Shown here: one piece after another, positions 1 to 12,594 of the stretch | How the letters are laid out: every line of letters starts with the position of its first letter | Position numbering within the stretch: the stretch's first letter is position 1 | Assembly (NCBI RefSeq): GCF_963921235.1 | Contig: NC_086097.1 | Span: 84,694,001-84,758,000 of the forward strand | DNA: 64,000 nt | Origin: Mobula hypostoma | Lineage: Eukaryota | Reading direction: 5' to 3' | Program-made: the position numbers and the translations under genes | The notes under the pieces: model-generated | What the model was told of the DNA's origin: nothing | What the model saw: the letters and a program-made list of their open reading frames with translations, nothing else | The model's database searches: none

Positions 1-100
1 AACATGTGGAGGTGTTTAAAGACCACCTGCAGAGTACAGCACCAGAATGTTCCAGTCAGAAGGAAGGATAGGATGGCAAGGTGAGGAGGTGTCAAGGGAG

Positions 101-1392
101 GTTTCATTAGGTACATTTAATGCATCCAATATACATCCTGAAATTCTTTTTCTTCGCAAACATCCACGAAAACAGAGGAGTGCCCCAAAGAATGAGTGAC
201 AGTTAGAACCCCAAAGCTCCCCCCAACACGCGCAAGCAATGACCCCCTCCCCCCAGCCCACCAGCAAAAAGATCAGCGCCCGCCACTGAGCACTCAAGCA
301 TGCAGCAAGCATCAGTAAAGACACAGACTTACAGTACCCTAAAGGCTACTCGTTCACCTGGTAATTCAACATAGGACCATAAGACATAAGAGCAGAATTA
401 GGCCATATGGCCCATTGAGTCTACTCTGCCATTCAATTATGGCTGATTCTTTTTTTCTATCTCCTCTTCAGCCCCAGTTCCTGACCTTCTCTCCGTAACC
501 TTTGATGCCATGTCCAATCAATCTCTGCCTTAAATACACCCAATGACCTGGCCTCCACAGCTGCACGTGACAACAAATTCCACAAATTCGCGACCCTTTG
601 GCTAAAGGAACTTCTCCACATCTCTGTTTTGAAAGGGCGCACCTCTGTCCAGAGACTCTGCCCTCTTGTCCTAGACTCTCCCATCATGGGAAACATCCTT
701 TCCAGATCTACTCTGTCTAGGCCTAATAACATTTGAATAGTTTCAATGAGATACCCCCCCCACGATTCTTTTGAATTCCAGTGAGTACAGACCCAGAGCC
801 ATCAAACGTTCCTCGTATGATAACCCTTTGATTCCTGGAGTCATCCTTGGTGCTCTCTCCACATACCACAGGCTCTCTCTCTCCCTAATAAGGGAAAAAG
901 AGGTGTCCCTGTTTCACAGTGAGAGGGGAGACATAACAAACAACTCACTAATTTACAATGTTAAAAGTTTGTTGTGACGCTTTTTCCGAGCTTTGCGCCC
1001 AGAGAGTCGGCGCTAGAAAGGCGCAGCTCTTTGGACACACAACCCACGGCAGCTAACTCACTGCTTCTGATATTCCGTGTTCTCCCATGACACTTGAGTC
1101 AGGGGCACTGGCCTGGAATCAGCCTGTCTCCAGAGCCTTGAAAATCCGGCACCCTGAAGATGTGCTTGTCTTCCAGGCCACGTCCTTGGGGTATCAAAAA
1201 GAGGCCGATTGTGAGGCCCAGAGAGCAGGTCCCATTCCCGCTATGAACCAAAATGAGAGTGTTACTCCAGGTCAGGGTCTTCAAAAGAACCTTGAAAAGG
1301 GAAAAAAAGAAATATCGAAGATAGAAATAGAGCTGTTTCCGAAGATGCAAGTAGAGTAGTCGCCGTTTAGTGCCATCATAACTTTGCTCCAT
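101..1392 (-). mobile_element. Unclassified non-coding interspersed repeat (probable non-autonomous non-LTR element), copy 1
   Basis: Colinear similarity to 12595-13357 (e.g. aatatacatcctgaaat, catcca.gaaaacagaggagtgc, ggtcccattcccgc); terminal fragment also at ~58975-59035; no credible ORF. Confidence 0.6.
373..848 (-). mobile_element. CR1 LINE 3' end nested in the repeat above
   Basis: ORF 457-732 (LDRVDLERMFPMMGESRTRG..FSQRVANLWN) is the CR1 ORF2 C-terminus; short tandem tail seen as cataagacataag on +. Confidence 0.85.
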
Positions 1393-2315
1393 CCCTGATT
1401 AATTTAGTCATGAAAAATAAGGAGAAGTATGTAAATCTTAGGAAACTAGAATCAAACAGAGCCCTTGAGGATCATGAAGTAGCTGGAAAAGAACTCCAGA
1501 AGGAATTGGGAGAGCCAGGAGTGTGTGGGGGTGGGGGGGAATAAAAAGTCCTTGGGATGCTTTCAGAAAACTGTGGAAAATACTGTGTTTGTTGGTTAGG
1601 TGGGAAGAAGTTAAGGAGACAGGTGAGGATTGAGGGAGTCATGTGAGAGTGTGAAGGATTTGGTGTGTGAGAAGAAAATGTAGACTAGGCTATAATCGAG
1701 AGGCTGAAATGAGCTTGAAAGGGAGTTCTGTGGGAGATAGGCAACAACAGAAGTGCCAGTGAAATCAGATTATTAGAGGCTTGAATGTAAACCAAAATTG
1801 CCTCCTTAAAGTAAAACTCTTTTCATAATAGTCTCTCTCGTGTCTTGAATTATGAATCTGGCCTTTCTCTATAATCCACTTTCCCACACCCTCCACCCCA
1901 AAGTTTTGTAATTGCTGCAGGTTTGCGTTGGTTCAGTGAAGGCAATAATTTACATTAGGGATTCTGTTGACATTTCACTGTTACAGCTATTTAAAGTTTA
2001 ATAATGCTAGTAGAATTCTTGATGTAATTGGATGCCAATCATTTTATTCCCCTCAATTTGACATATACTGAATATAAGTACATTGGATTTTAATCTTTTG
2101 TGTGCATTAAAGTTCTTTTTTCTTTGCCATATGTAGAAGTAGAGTTAGCAATATTTTTATAAATGCTATGTAAATTGCAGAGTGTTTTAACTAATCCTTG
2201 TAAATTCCTGTCATAGTAGTGAAATTACTCCCATTATCCTCTTTCTTACTAAACTGGTTTTTATTCCTTTGTTGCTGAAAAGGATTTTTGAATACCCTTG
2301 TCTGGCTACTGGCTA

Positions 2316-5300
2316 TTAAACCATCTCTCACTGCTCCCCATCTGTAATTTCTTCGACTCTTCAACTTTTCGACCACACTTTGACTCAGACTCGCTATCAC
2401 AGCCATATATCCTTTCTTGGAACGTGCCTCCGTCGCCAACTTACTCCAGTTGGCTTTAGGATTCGTTTCCAAGCCTCTCAATTTGGACCTTCTGAGGATC
2501 CCAGGTACTCACATTTTATTGACTCTGCCTCTCGCCGCTTCTCCTGTCAAGCTCTGAAGGCGACTGTCTCCACCATGAGGTGGTACTTGGTGTCCCTATC
2601 CCAGACCCTTCCACACCTTCGGGACACTTTCTTCGCCGTCTGTAATGGTCCTACCCGTTATTTCATCCTCCGTCGGATTCACGCCTGCAATCGCCATTTT
2701 TTTGACTTTGTCATGTTAGGCAAAGATCGCAAGATCCTACATCTACGGACTCCAGAGCCTGCTGGCCCTGAAACTAGCAGGCATGAACTTCAGATTGTGG
2801 CCCCTGCCATTGATCTCGTCGGCTTCAACACCTCAGGGCATATTCAAAACCCGGACTCCAGCAACAACCATGGAGACATTCAAAGTGATTACGCAACCAC
2901 CAGCTGCGACTCCAGCCTTGAACTCCAGGCCGAGTCTTTATGTGCTGCTGTTGTGACTTCCGTCTCCCCTTCCCCCACCAATACTCTGCAATCCCGTCTC
3001 CCTCAGATCCCACCGTCAGCTCCTGGGCCCTCGGAGGCTCCATCTTCCTCTCACCCCAACTCTCCCCTCTCCATTGACACACCCAGCCTCCCCCCCTCCC
3101 CCTTCTGATCCCAGCTCTCATCCGTGCCGGGTCTTTACCATCCCCTCCGACCTTCAACTGTCGGAGGCAGAACGTTCTGTTCTCAGTAAGGGCCTCACGT
3201 TTGTCCCCCTTCGCCCACACCTCAGCGAGTTCCATGTTCGCCATTATGCGGAACTTTTCTTCCGCCGTCTCCGTCTCCGAGCCTACTTCTTCGGCAAGGA
3301 CTCTTCCACCCCCACCGATGACCCCTTCTCCCGTCTTCAACCCTCCTCTTCTTCATGGACACCCCGCTCTGGTCTTCTGCCTGGTCTGGATCTCTTTATC
3401 GCTAATTGCCGACGGGACATCAACCGTCTCGACTTCACCGCACCTTGTCCCCATTCCAACCTAACTCCTTCGGAACGCTCTGCTCTCCACTCCCTCCGCA
3501 CTAATCCTAACCTTATTATTAAACCCGCCGATAAGGGGGGTGCTGTTGTAGTCTGGCGTACCTTGCCGAGGCACAGCGACAACTCACGGATACCTCCTCT
3601 TATTTACCCCTCGATCGTGACCCCACTAAGGAGCACCAGGCCATTGTCTCCCACACCATCACCGACTTTATCCGCTCAGGGGATCTCCCATCCACTGCTA
3701 CCAACCTTATAGTTCCCACACCCCGCACCTCCCGTTTCTACCTCCTACCCAAGATCCACAAACCTGCCTGTCCTGGCCGACCTATTGTCTCAGCTTGCTC
3801 CTGCCCCACCAAACTCGTTTCTGCATACCTCGACACGGTTTTATCCCCCCTTGTTCAATCCCTTCCGACCTATGTTTGTGACACTTCTCACGCTCTTAAA
3901 CTTTTCGATGATTTTAAGTTCCCTGGCCCCCACCGCTTTATTTTCACCATGGATGTCCAGTCCTTATATACTTCCATCGCCCATCAGGAAGGTCTCAAAG
4001 CTCTACGCTTCTTTTTGGATTCCAGACCTAATCAGTTCCCCTCTACCACCCACTCTGCTCCATCTAGCGGAATTAGTCCTTACTCTTAATAATTTCTCCT
4101 TTGGCTCCTCCCACTTCCTCCAAATTAAAGGTGTAGCTATGGGCACCCGTATGGGTCCTAGCTATGCCTGCCTTTTTGTTGGGTTTGTGGAACAATCTAT
4201 GTTCCGTGCCTATTCTGGTATCTGTCCCCCACTTTTCCTTTGCTACATCGACGACTGCATTGGCGCTGCTTCCTGCACGCATGCAGAACTCGTTGACTTT
4301 ATTAACTTTGCCTCCAACTTTCACCCTGCCCTCAAGTTTACCTGGTCCATTTCACCTCCCTCCCCTTTCTAGATCTTTCTGTCTCTGTCTCTGGAGACAG
4401 CTTATCCACTGATGTCTACTATAAGCCTACTGACTCTCACAGCTATCTGGACTATTCTTCTTCTCACCCTGTCTCTTGCAAAAACACCATCCCCTTCTCG
4501 CAATTCCCCCGTCTCTGCCGCATCTGCTCTCAGGATGAGGCTTTTCATTCTAGGACGAGAGAGATGTCTTCCTTTTTTAAAGAAAGGGGCTTCCCTTCCT
4601 CCACTATCAACTCTGCTCTTAAACGTATCTCCCCCATTTCACGTACATCTGCTCTCACTCCATCCTCCTGCCACCCCACTAGAAATAGGGTTCCCCTGGT
4701 CCTCACCTACCACCCCACCAGCCTCCGGGTCCAACATATTATTCTCTGTAACTTCCGCCACCTCCAACGGGATCCCACCACTAAGCACATCTTTCCCTCC
4801 CCCCCTCTCTCTGCATTCCACAGGGATCGCTCCTTATGCAACTCCCTTGTCCATTCGTCCCCCCCATCCCTCCCCACTGATCTCCCTCCTGGCACTTATC
4901 CGTGTAAGCGGAACAAGTGCTACACATGCCCTTACACTTCCTCCCTTGCCACCATTCAGGGCCCCAAACAGTCCTTCCAGGTGAGGCAACACTTCACCTG
5001 TGAGTCGACTGGGGTGATATACTGCGTCCGGTGCTCCCGATGTGGCCTTTTATATATTGGCGAGACCCGACGCAGACTGGGAGACCGCTTTGCTGAACAT
5101 CTACGCTCTGTCCGCCAGAGAAAGCAGGATCTCCCAGTGGCCACACATTTTAATTCCACATCCCATTCCCATTCTGACATGTCTATCCACGGCCTCCTCT
5201 ACTGTAAAGATGAAGCCACACTCAGGTTGGAGGAACAACACCTTATATTCTGTCTGGGTAGCCTCCAACCTGATGGCATGAACATCGACTTCTCTAACTT

Positions 5301-5734
5301 CCGCTAAGGCCCCACCTCCCCCTCGTACCCCATCTGTTACTTATTTTTATACACACATTCTTTCTCTCACTCTCCTTTTTCTCCCTCTGTCCCTCTGAAT
5401 ATACCCCTTGCCCATCCTCTGGGTCCCCCCCCTTGTCTTTCTTCCCGGACCTCCTGTCCCATGATCCTCTCGTATCCCCTTTTGCCTATCACCTGTCCAG
5501 CTCTTGGCTCTATCCCTCCCCCTCCTGTCTTCTCCTATCATTTTGGATCTCCCCCTCCCCCTCCAACTTTCAAATCCCTTACTCACTCTTCCTTCAGTTA
5601 GTCCTGACGAAGGGTCTCCGCCTGAAACGTCGATTGCACCTCTTTCTACAGATGCTGCCTGGCCTGCTGCGTTCACCAGCAACTTTGATGTGTGTTGCTT
5701 GAATTTCCAGCATCTGCAGAATTCCTGTTGTTTG
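2316..5734 (+). mobile_element. Penelope-like element (Neptune-type), near full length, frameshifted RT + GIY-YIG ORF
   Basis: KPADKGGAVVV, GVAMGTRMGPSYA and YIDD RT motifs; Cys linker CKRNKCYTC; GIY-YIG motif GVIYCVRCSRCGLLYIGET..RFAEH; 14-bp TSD ctggctactggcta at 2302-2315 and 5735-5748. Confidence 0.93.
5600..5635 (+). ncRNA. Minimal type I hammerhead ribozyme in PLE 3' pseudo-LTR
   Basis: AGTC-CTGACGA-AGGGTCTCCGCCT-GAAA-C-GTC^GATT: both core boxes, stems I and II, GUC cleavage triplet, palindromic ACGT in place of stem III. Confidence 0.8.
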
Positions 5735-6176
5735 CTGGCTACTGGCTACCATTTTTAATCTTTATTTGACAATTTAGTTGCTGTAAATGGCATAATCAGA
5801 TAATAGGAGATTGTTCAGCTAATTCTCATCCTGATCTCCTCCAATGGCTTGTGATAGTATATTTTCTAGCCAAGATTGGTAGGAAGTCATTTGAAGCTAG
5901 CGTTTTGGTGTTTTCTTCTTGCCTGCCTTGCCTCATTCCTTCCTTAATTTTGGGTCACTGAACTGATATTTGTGACATTAGTCTAGATTTGGGATGGAAT
6001 TGGAGAGCTTGCATTGCTCAAGGTAACCACTTGCAGTCATAGTGAGGGAGTTTATTTTAAAATACTTGTTTTGTGCCATGTGAAACCTCAAATCCATATC
6101 TTTTTTGGGGTGAGAGTGGTATTCTTGATGTAAATGCATTATTAACTAAATTGAAAACAGTATTCAGACAATTCAG

Positions 6177-9100
6177 ACAATGACGTGGGTAGGAAGAGTG
6201 AGGAGGTCCTGAAAGGTGAGTTTAGGGAGTTAGGCACCAAGTTAAAGGACAGGACCTCCAGGATAGCAATCTCAGGATTGCTACCAGTGCCACGTGCAGG
6301 CAGGTTTAGAAATAGTAAGGTAGAGCAGATCAACACGTGGCTGAAGACATGGTGCAGGAGAGAGGGCTTCAGATTTATAGATAATTGGGCAGTTTTCCAG
6401 GGAAGGTGGGACTTGTTCCAGCGGGACGGTTTACATCTGAACTGGAGGGGGACAAATATTCTTGCAGGTAGGTTTGCTAGAGAGGTTCCGGTGGATTTAA
6501 ACTAGATACGGGGGGGGGGGAGGGGAATCAGAGTGTGGGAACAGATGTAGGGGAGAAGGAAGAAAAAGAAAATAGTAAAGTTGTTCGCACCATTAGAGAT
6601 AAACAGAGAGTAAGAGGTGGAAAATTTCTAAAATGCATTTATTTTAATGCTAAGAGCATTATAAGAAAGGTGGATGAGTTTAAAGCATGGATTGATACCT
6701 GGAAGTATGATGTGGTAGCTATTAGTGAAACATGGTTACAGGAGGGGTGTGATTGGCAACTAAATATTCCTGGAATTAATTTTTTTAGGTGTGATAGAAT
6801 CGGAGGGACAAGAGGGGGAGGTGTTGCATTGCTTGTCAGTGAAAATATTACAACAGTGCTCTGGCAGGATAGATTAGAGGGCTCGTCTAGAGAGGCTACT
6901 TGGATGGAATTGAGGAATGGTAAAGGTGTAGTAAAACTTATAGGGTGTATTATAGACCACCAAATGGGGAGCGAGAATTGGAGGAGCAAATTTGTAAGGA
7001 GATAGCAGATATTTGTAGTAAGCACAAGGTTGCGATTGTGTGAGATATTAATTTTCCACACATAGACTGGGAAGCCCATTCTGTAAAAGGGCTGGATGGT
7101 TTGGAGTTTGTAAAATGTGTGCAGGATAGTTTTTTGCAGCAATACATAGAGGTACCAACTAGAGAAGGGGCAGTGTTGGATCTCCTGTTAGGGAATGAGA
7201 TAGGTCAGGTGACAGAGGTTTGTGTTGGGGAGCACTTTGGGTCCAGTGATCACAATGCTATTAGTTTCAATATAATTATGGAGAAGGATAGGTCTGAACC
7301 CAGGGTTGAGATTTTTGATTGGCGAAAGGCTAACTGAGGAGATGCGAAAGGATTTAGAAGGAGTGGATTGGGATAATTTGTTTTATGGGAAGGATGTAAT
7401 AGAGAAATGGAGGTCATTTAAAAGTGAAATTTTGAGGGTACAGAATCTTTATGTTCCTGTTAGGTTGAAAGGAAAGGTTAAAAGTTTGAGAGAGAGCCTT
7501 GGTTTTCAAGGGATATTGGAAACTTGGTTCTGAAAAAGAGAGATGTCTACAATAAATATAGGCAGCATGGAGTAGATGAGGTGCTTGGAATATAAAGGAT
7601 GTAAAAATAATCTTAAGAAAGAAATTCGAAAAGCTAAAAGAAGACATGAGGTTGTTTTGGCAAGTAAGGTGAAAATAAATCCCAAGGGTTTCTACAGTTA
7701 TATTAATAGCAAAAGGAGAGTGAGGGATAAAATTGGTTCCTTAGAGAATAAGAGTGGACAGTATGAGTGGAGCCAAAAGAGATGGGGAGATTCTGAACAA
7801 TTTCTTTTCTTCGGTATTCACTAAGGAGAAGGATATTGAATTGTGTAAGATAAGGGAAACGGGTAGAGAAGTTATGGAAACTATGATGATTAAAAAAGAG
7901 GAAGTACTGGAGCTTTTAAGAAATATACAAGTGGATAAGTCTCCAGGTCCTGACAGGATATTCCCTAGGACCTTGAGGGAAGTTAGTGTGGAAATAGGGG
8001 CTCTGACAGAAATATTTCAAATGTCATTAGAAACGGGGATGGTGCCAGAGGATTGGCGTATTGCTCATGTTGTTCCATTGTTTAAGAAGGGTTCTAAGAG
8101 TAAACCTAGCAATTATTGGCCTGTGAGTTTGACATCAGTGGTGGGTAAATTGAGGGAAAGTATTCTTTGAGATAGTATATATAATTATCTGGATAGACAG
8201 GGTCTGATTAGGAACAGTCAACATGGATTTGTGCGTGGAAGGTCATGTTTGACAAATCTTAGTGAATTTTTTGAAGAGGAAAGTTGATGAGGGTTAAGCG
8301 GTGGATGTTCAGAAGGGCCTTTGACAAGGTTCCACACGGAAGGTTAGTTAGGAAGGTTCAATTGTTGGGTATTAATATTGAAGTAGTAAAATGGATTCAG
8401 CAGTGGCTGGATGGGAGACGTCAGAGAGTATTGGTGGATAACTGTGTGTCAGATTGAAGGCCGGTGACTAGTGGTGTGCCTCAGGGATCTGTACTGGGTC
8501 CAATGTTGTTTGTTATATGCATTAATGATCTGGATGATAGAGTGGTAAATTGGATGAGTAAGTATGCAGATGATACTAAGATAGGTGGAGTTGTGGATGA
8601 TGAAGTAGGTTTACAAAGCTTGCAGAGAGCTTTAGGCCAGTTAGAAGAGTAAACTGAAAGATGGCAGATGGAGTTTAATGCTGATAAATGTGAGGTGCTA
8701 CATTTTGGTAGGACTAATCAAAATAGGACATACATGGTAAATGGTAGGGCATTGAAGAATGCAGTGGAACAGAGGGATCTAGGAATAATGGTGCACAGTT
8801 CCCTGAAGGTGGAATCCCATGTGGATAGGGTGGTGAAGGAAGCTTTTGGTATGCTGGCCTTTATAAATCAGAGCATTGAGTATAAGAGTTGGGATGTAAT
8901 GTTGAAATTGTACAGGTCATTGGTGAGGCCAAATTTGGAGTATTGTGTACAGTTTTGGTCACTGAATTATAGGAAAGATTTCAACAAAATAGAGAGAGTA
9001 CAGTGAAGGTTTACTAGAATGCTACCTGGGTTTCATCACCTAAGTTACAGAGAAAGGTTGAACAAGTTGGGTCTTTATTCTTTGGAACATAGAAGGCTAA

Positions 9101-9487
9101 GGGGGGATTTGATAGAGGTATTGAAAATTATGAGGGGGATAGATAGAGTTGACGTGGATAGGCTTTTTCCATTGAGAGTGGGGGAAATTCAAACAAGAGG
9201 ACATGAGTTAAGAGTTAAAGGGCAAAAGTTTAGGGGTAACTTGAGGGGGAACTTCTTTACTCAGAGTGGTAGCTGTGTGGAACGAGCTTCCAGCAGAAGT
9301 GGTTGAGGCAGGTTCGATGTTGTCATTTAAAGTTAAGTTGGACAGCTATATGGACAGGAAAGGAATGGAGGGTTATGGGCTGAGTGCAGGTCGGTGGGAC
9401 TAGGCGAGAGAAAGAGTTCGGCATGGTCTAGAGAAGCCGAGATGGCCTGTTTCCATGCTGTAATTGTTATATGTTTATATGGTTATA
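6177..9487 (+). mobile_element. CR1 LINE, 5'-truncated: ORF1 esterase C-terminus + degenerate ORF2 (APE-RT)
   Basis: SGNH-esterase-like ORF1 end (ISGLLP..DGLHLN); APE motifs (AISETW, GSSDHN); RT motifs GVPQGSVLGP and YADDTK; tail gttatatgtttatatggttata; many stops/frameshifts. Confidence 0.92.
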
Positions 9488-11445
9488 ATTCAAAGTAAAC
9501 AATGTAAGTATGTACACTCATGGCCACTATTGCCATCAGTATGATGTCAGAGAAGTGCAGTCTCATGGAAATGAATTTGTATAACACGTTTAAACTATCT
9601 CAATTCCTCACAATGAATTACATCAATGAATTGTCTAAGTTAAGCACACAGCTATGTGGTGCACAACAAGATCCCAAAATCAATGGGAGAAAAGGCTAGA
9701 AAATCTTTTAATAGTTGAGACAGGAATGCAAACCCAAATGGGGGTAGGGGAAGCCAGATATTCTTGCATTTATACCAAGATTTTTCAGTATGTGCTTAAA
9801 TGTGCAGGTGAACAGAGATCTTGTCTTTCATTTCAAAAGTGCCTCAATGCTCTGATCCTTCAGTTGTACAGAAGCTTTATTTTAAATTTGATGTGGCAAT
9901 TGGACATTAACATTACTCCTGATTCTGAAGTTTTTTATTGGTAGAGGTGCATTGTCTTCCTGATGATTCCAATTTTAACTTGTCCTTGGTCATTTGGAAA
10001 AAAATGTTGTCGAGCTATGCACTTTTTATATACTGTACAGTATTTTGTGTAAGTGGGCGACCTCTGACATAATCCAGCAATAATTGTTCAAGTGCCTTTT
10101 ATAATAGTCCACATTAAAATGAAATTGCTTCATTCTACAACTTATTAGACCCAGTTTAATCAAAATATATCTGGGCCAGCATTATGATGTGGATAATATA
10201 GGCTTAATTTTAAAAACTCACTTGTGATTTCATGAAGTTATGAGTTATGCTGTCAGTAAGTGTAGATATTTATCAGATTTATAGTTTTGACATGGCTTTT
10301 GTGTTAAGTGTATAATAATGTGATACAACATAAATTTCACTATTGATATTCAAAGCAAGTTTGTTAAAATTATTCCTCTGAGTCAGAATGAGAATTATTG
10401 GTGCTTGCAATGGAGCCTTTGGAATTCATGACCTGTATTCCCTGGAAGTAGAATAATTTAAGTGGAAGGGACGGTGTAAGGGGCTAGAGGAAGGAATGAA
10501 ATTTGCACACACTTTAGTTTCTACTCCTGTGCTGTTCAAAAGATTAAAAGGTGATTTACTGAAGAGATTAAAATGTTAAAGAAATTTGTTAGGTAGGGCA
10601 GAAGCTTTTTTTTCCTTTTGGTAGAGGAAATCAGACCAGAGTTCTAATTTTAAGTGTAGGGCTTGACCAACCTGGAGTGAAATCAGAGTGCATCTTTACA
10701 CACAAGAGGTAGTGACAGAGCCTGGAACACTTTTTCATCAAAGCCCATAAATTGCTGAATTAGTTGAAAATTTTCGAACTGTAGTAGTTAGATTTTTGGG
10801 TTGGCCGAAGTTGTTCAAAAAGTCACCAAACTGAGTAACCACCCAGTATTTTGTTTCTTTTTCAGATTGGGAGGATGTAACTCTTGGAGTACCCCAATAC
10901 TCATTTCTCTACTATTTAGTTTCAAGTCTTTTTTCTGTTTGCTTTTGATAAATTGTGCCTCAACTTAACCCAAGTGGTCTTATCCCAATTTAGAACTGGT
11001 TTACATTTCAGTCCTTTCTCTCATCATGTTAAATTGAAGATTGTCTCCACTGTTTTCTCCCCAATGCCCTTTCCACTTTTCCAGGTTTATTGGCGAAAAC
11101 TAAGTCTTGTACTGCCCTCTCCCTTTGGGACTTGCTACACTGTGATTCTTTTAAAGAAATTTCTGAAGTTTCAAGAATTATTTTATAACTTACTCAAATA
11201 CTCTATCTAGTTAATGCTTTTGAAGACCCTTATAATTACTGCCTTGCTATTTTCACACCCGTAATTTGCCAACATGTTTTCTCTTTTATCTTTTTCTGAC
11301 TTGGAGGTCAGCAGTACAAATGAGGTTTAGAGCAGCCACTTTTTAATAGAATGGCAGAACAGGCCTCCTTCTGCTCTAATGTTTCCAAACTGTTCAAATA
11401 AACTTATACTTGCATTTGGAAGTTATTAAATTTCTAGATTCAGAG

Positions 11446-11456
11446 GTGTGTGTGTG

Positions 11457-11528
<72 letters not shown>
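11446..11528. repeat. (TG)n(TA)n(CA)n microsatellite
   Basis: About 32 CA units preceded by short TG and TA runs, directly abutting a Tc1 end. Confidence 0.95.
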
Positions 11529-11530
<2 letters not shown>

Positions 11531-12460
11531 GACAAGCAAAAGTTTGGGCACACCTGGTCAAAATTTCTGTTACTGTGAATAGCTAAGCGAGTAAAAGATG
11601 AACTGATTTCCAAAAGGCATAAAGTTGAAGATGACACATTTCTTTAATATTTTAAGCAAGAAAACTTTTTTCCATCTTTTACAGTTTTAAAATAACAAAA
11701 AAGGAAAAGAGCCCAAAGCAAAGGTTTGGGCACCCTGCATGGCAGTACTTAGTAACACCCCCTTTGGCAAGTATCACAGCTTGTAAATGCTTTTTGTAGC
11801 CAGCTAAGAGTCTTTCAATTCTTGTTTGGGGGATTTTCACCCATCCTTCCTTGCAAAAGGCTTCTAGTTCTGTGAGATTTTTGGGTCGTCTTGAATGCAC
11901 TGCTCTTTTGCGGTCTATCCACAGATTCTCGATGATGTTTAGGTCACAGGACCGTGAGGGCCATGGCAAAACATTCAGCTTGCGCCTCTTGAGGTAGTCC
12001 ATTGTGGATTGTCCATTGTCATTAACCTGTTGCAGAAGCCATCCTCTTTTCATCTTCAGCGTTTTTACAGACGGTGTGGTGTTTGCTTCCAGAATTTTCT
12101 GGTATTTTATTGAATTCGTTCTTCTCTCTACCAGTAAGTGTTCCCCGTGCCACTGGCTGCCACACAAGCTCGCGATGATCGATCCGCCCCCGCACTTAAT
12201 AGTTGGAGAGGGGTTCTTTTCATAAAATTCTGCATCCTTTTTTCTCTGAACATACTTTTGCTCATTGCGGCCAAAAAGTTCTATTTTAACTTCATCAGTC
12301 CACAGGACTTGTTTCCAAAATGCATCAGGCTTGTTTAGATGTTCCTTTGAACCTTTTGAATAGAACTTTTTGGCTTGAAATATTAAAGAAATGTGTCATC
12401 TTTAACTTTATGCCTTTTGGAAATCCTTTTGTAGTTGGGTGCCCAAAACTGCTCACAGTA
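11527..12460 (-). mobile_element. Tc1/mariner transposon, internally deleted
   Basis: ORF 11679-12167 carries WPSRSCDLNIIENLW (Tc1 DDE signature); inverted ends (11606-11653 vs 12378-12426); repeated gtttgggcac motif suggests IR/DR ends. Confidence 0.88.
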
Positions 12461-12594
12461 ATGCAAATGTGGTCTGGCCAATGTCTTATAAATCCTCAAC
12501 ATTACATCCTTGCTTTTATATTTTAGTCCTCTCCAAATGAATGTTAACTTTGCATTTGCCTTCCTTACTGACTCAACCTGCAAATTAACTTTCC

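Larger units (their letters stand above)
1..1520 (+). mobile_element. Old CR1 LINE ORF2 fragment, split by a nested insertion (pieces ~1-90 and ~1395-1520)
   Basis: 1-90 and ~1410-1520 read as decayed CR1 EN-RT linker sequence, resembling the linker of the CR1 copy at 7400-7650. Confidence 0.55.

Noticed and set aside
5347..5758. Recurrent ORFs MLVNAAGQAAS.. / ..SPDEGSRPETST.. (also near 18.9k, 25.3k, 26k, 31.6k, 62.3k)
   Set aside because: Translations of the non-coding PLE pseudo-LTR and ribozyme; recurrence reflects repeat copies, not a gene family
10866..10900. Exon-like sequence after tttctttttcag
   Set aside because: Resembles a decayed CR1 GVPQ motif; no match to COX16 exon 2
11440..11637. 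Cys/Val-rich ORF
   Set aside because: Translation of the (CA)n microsatellite
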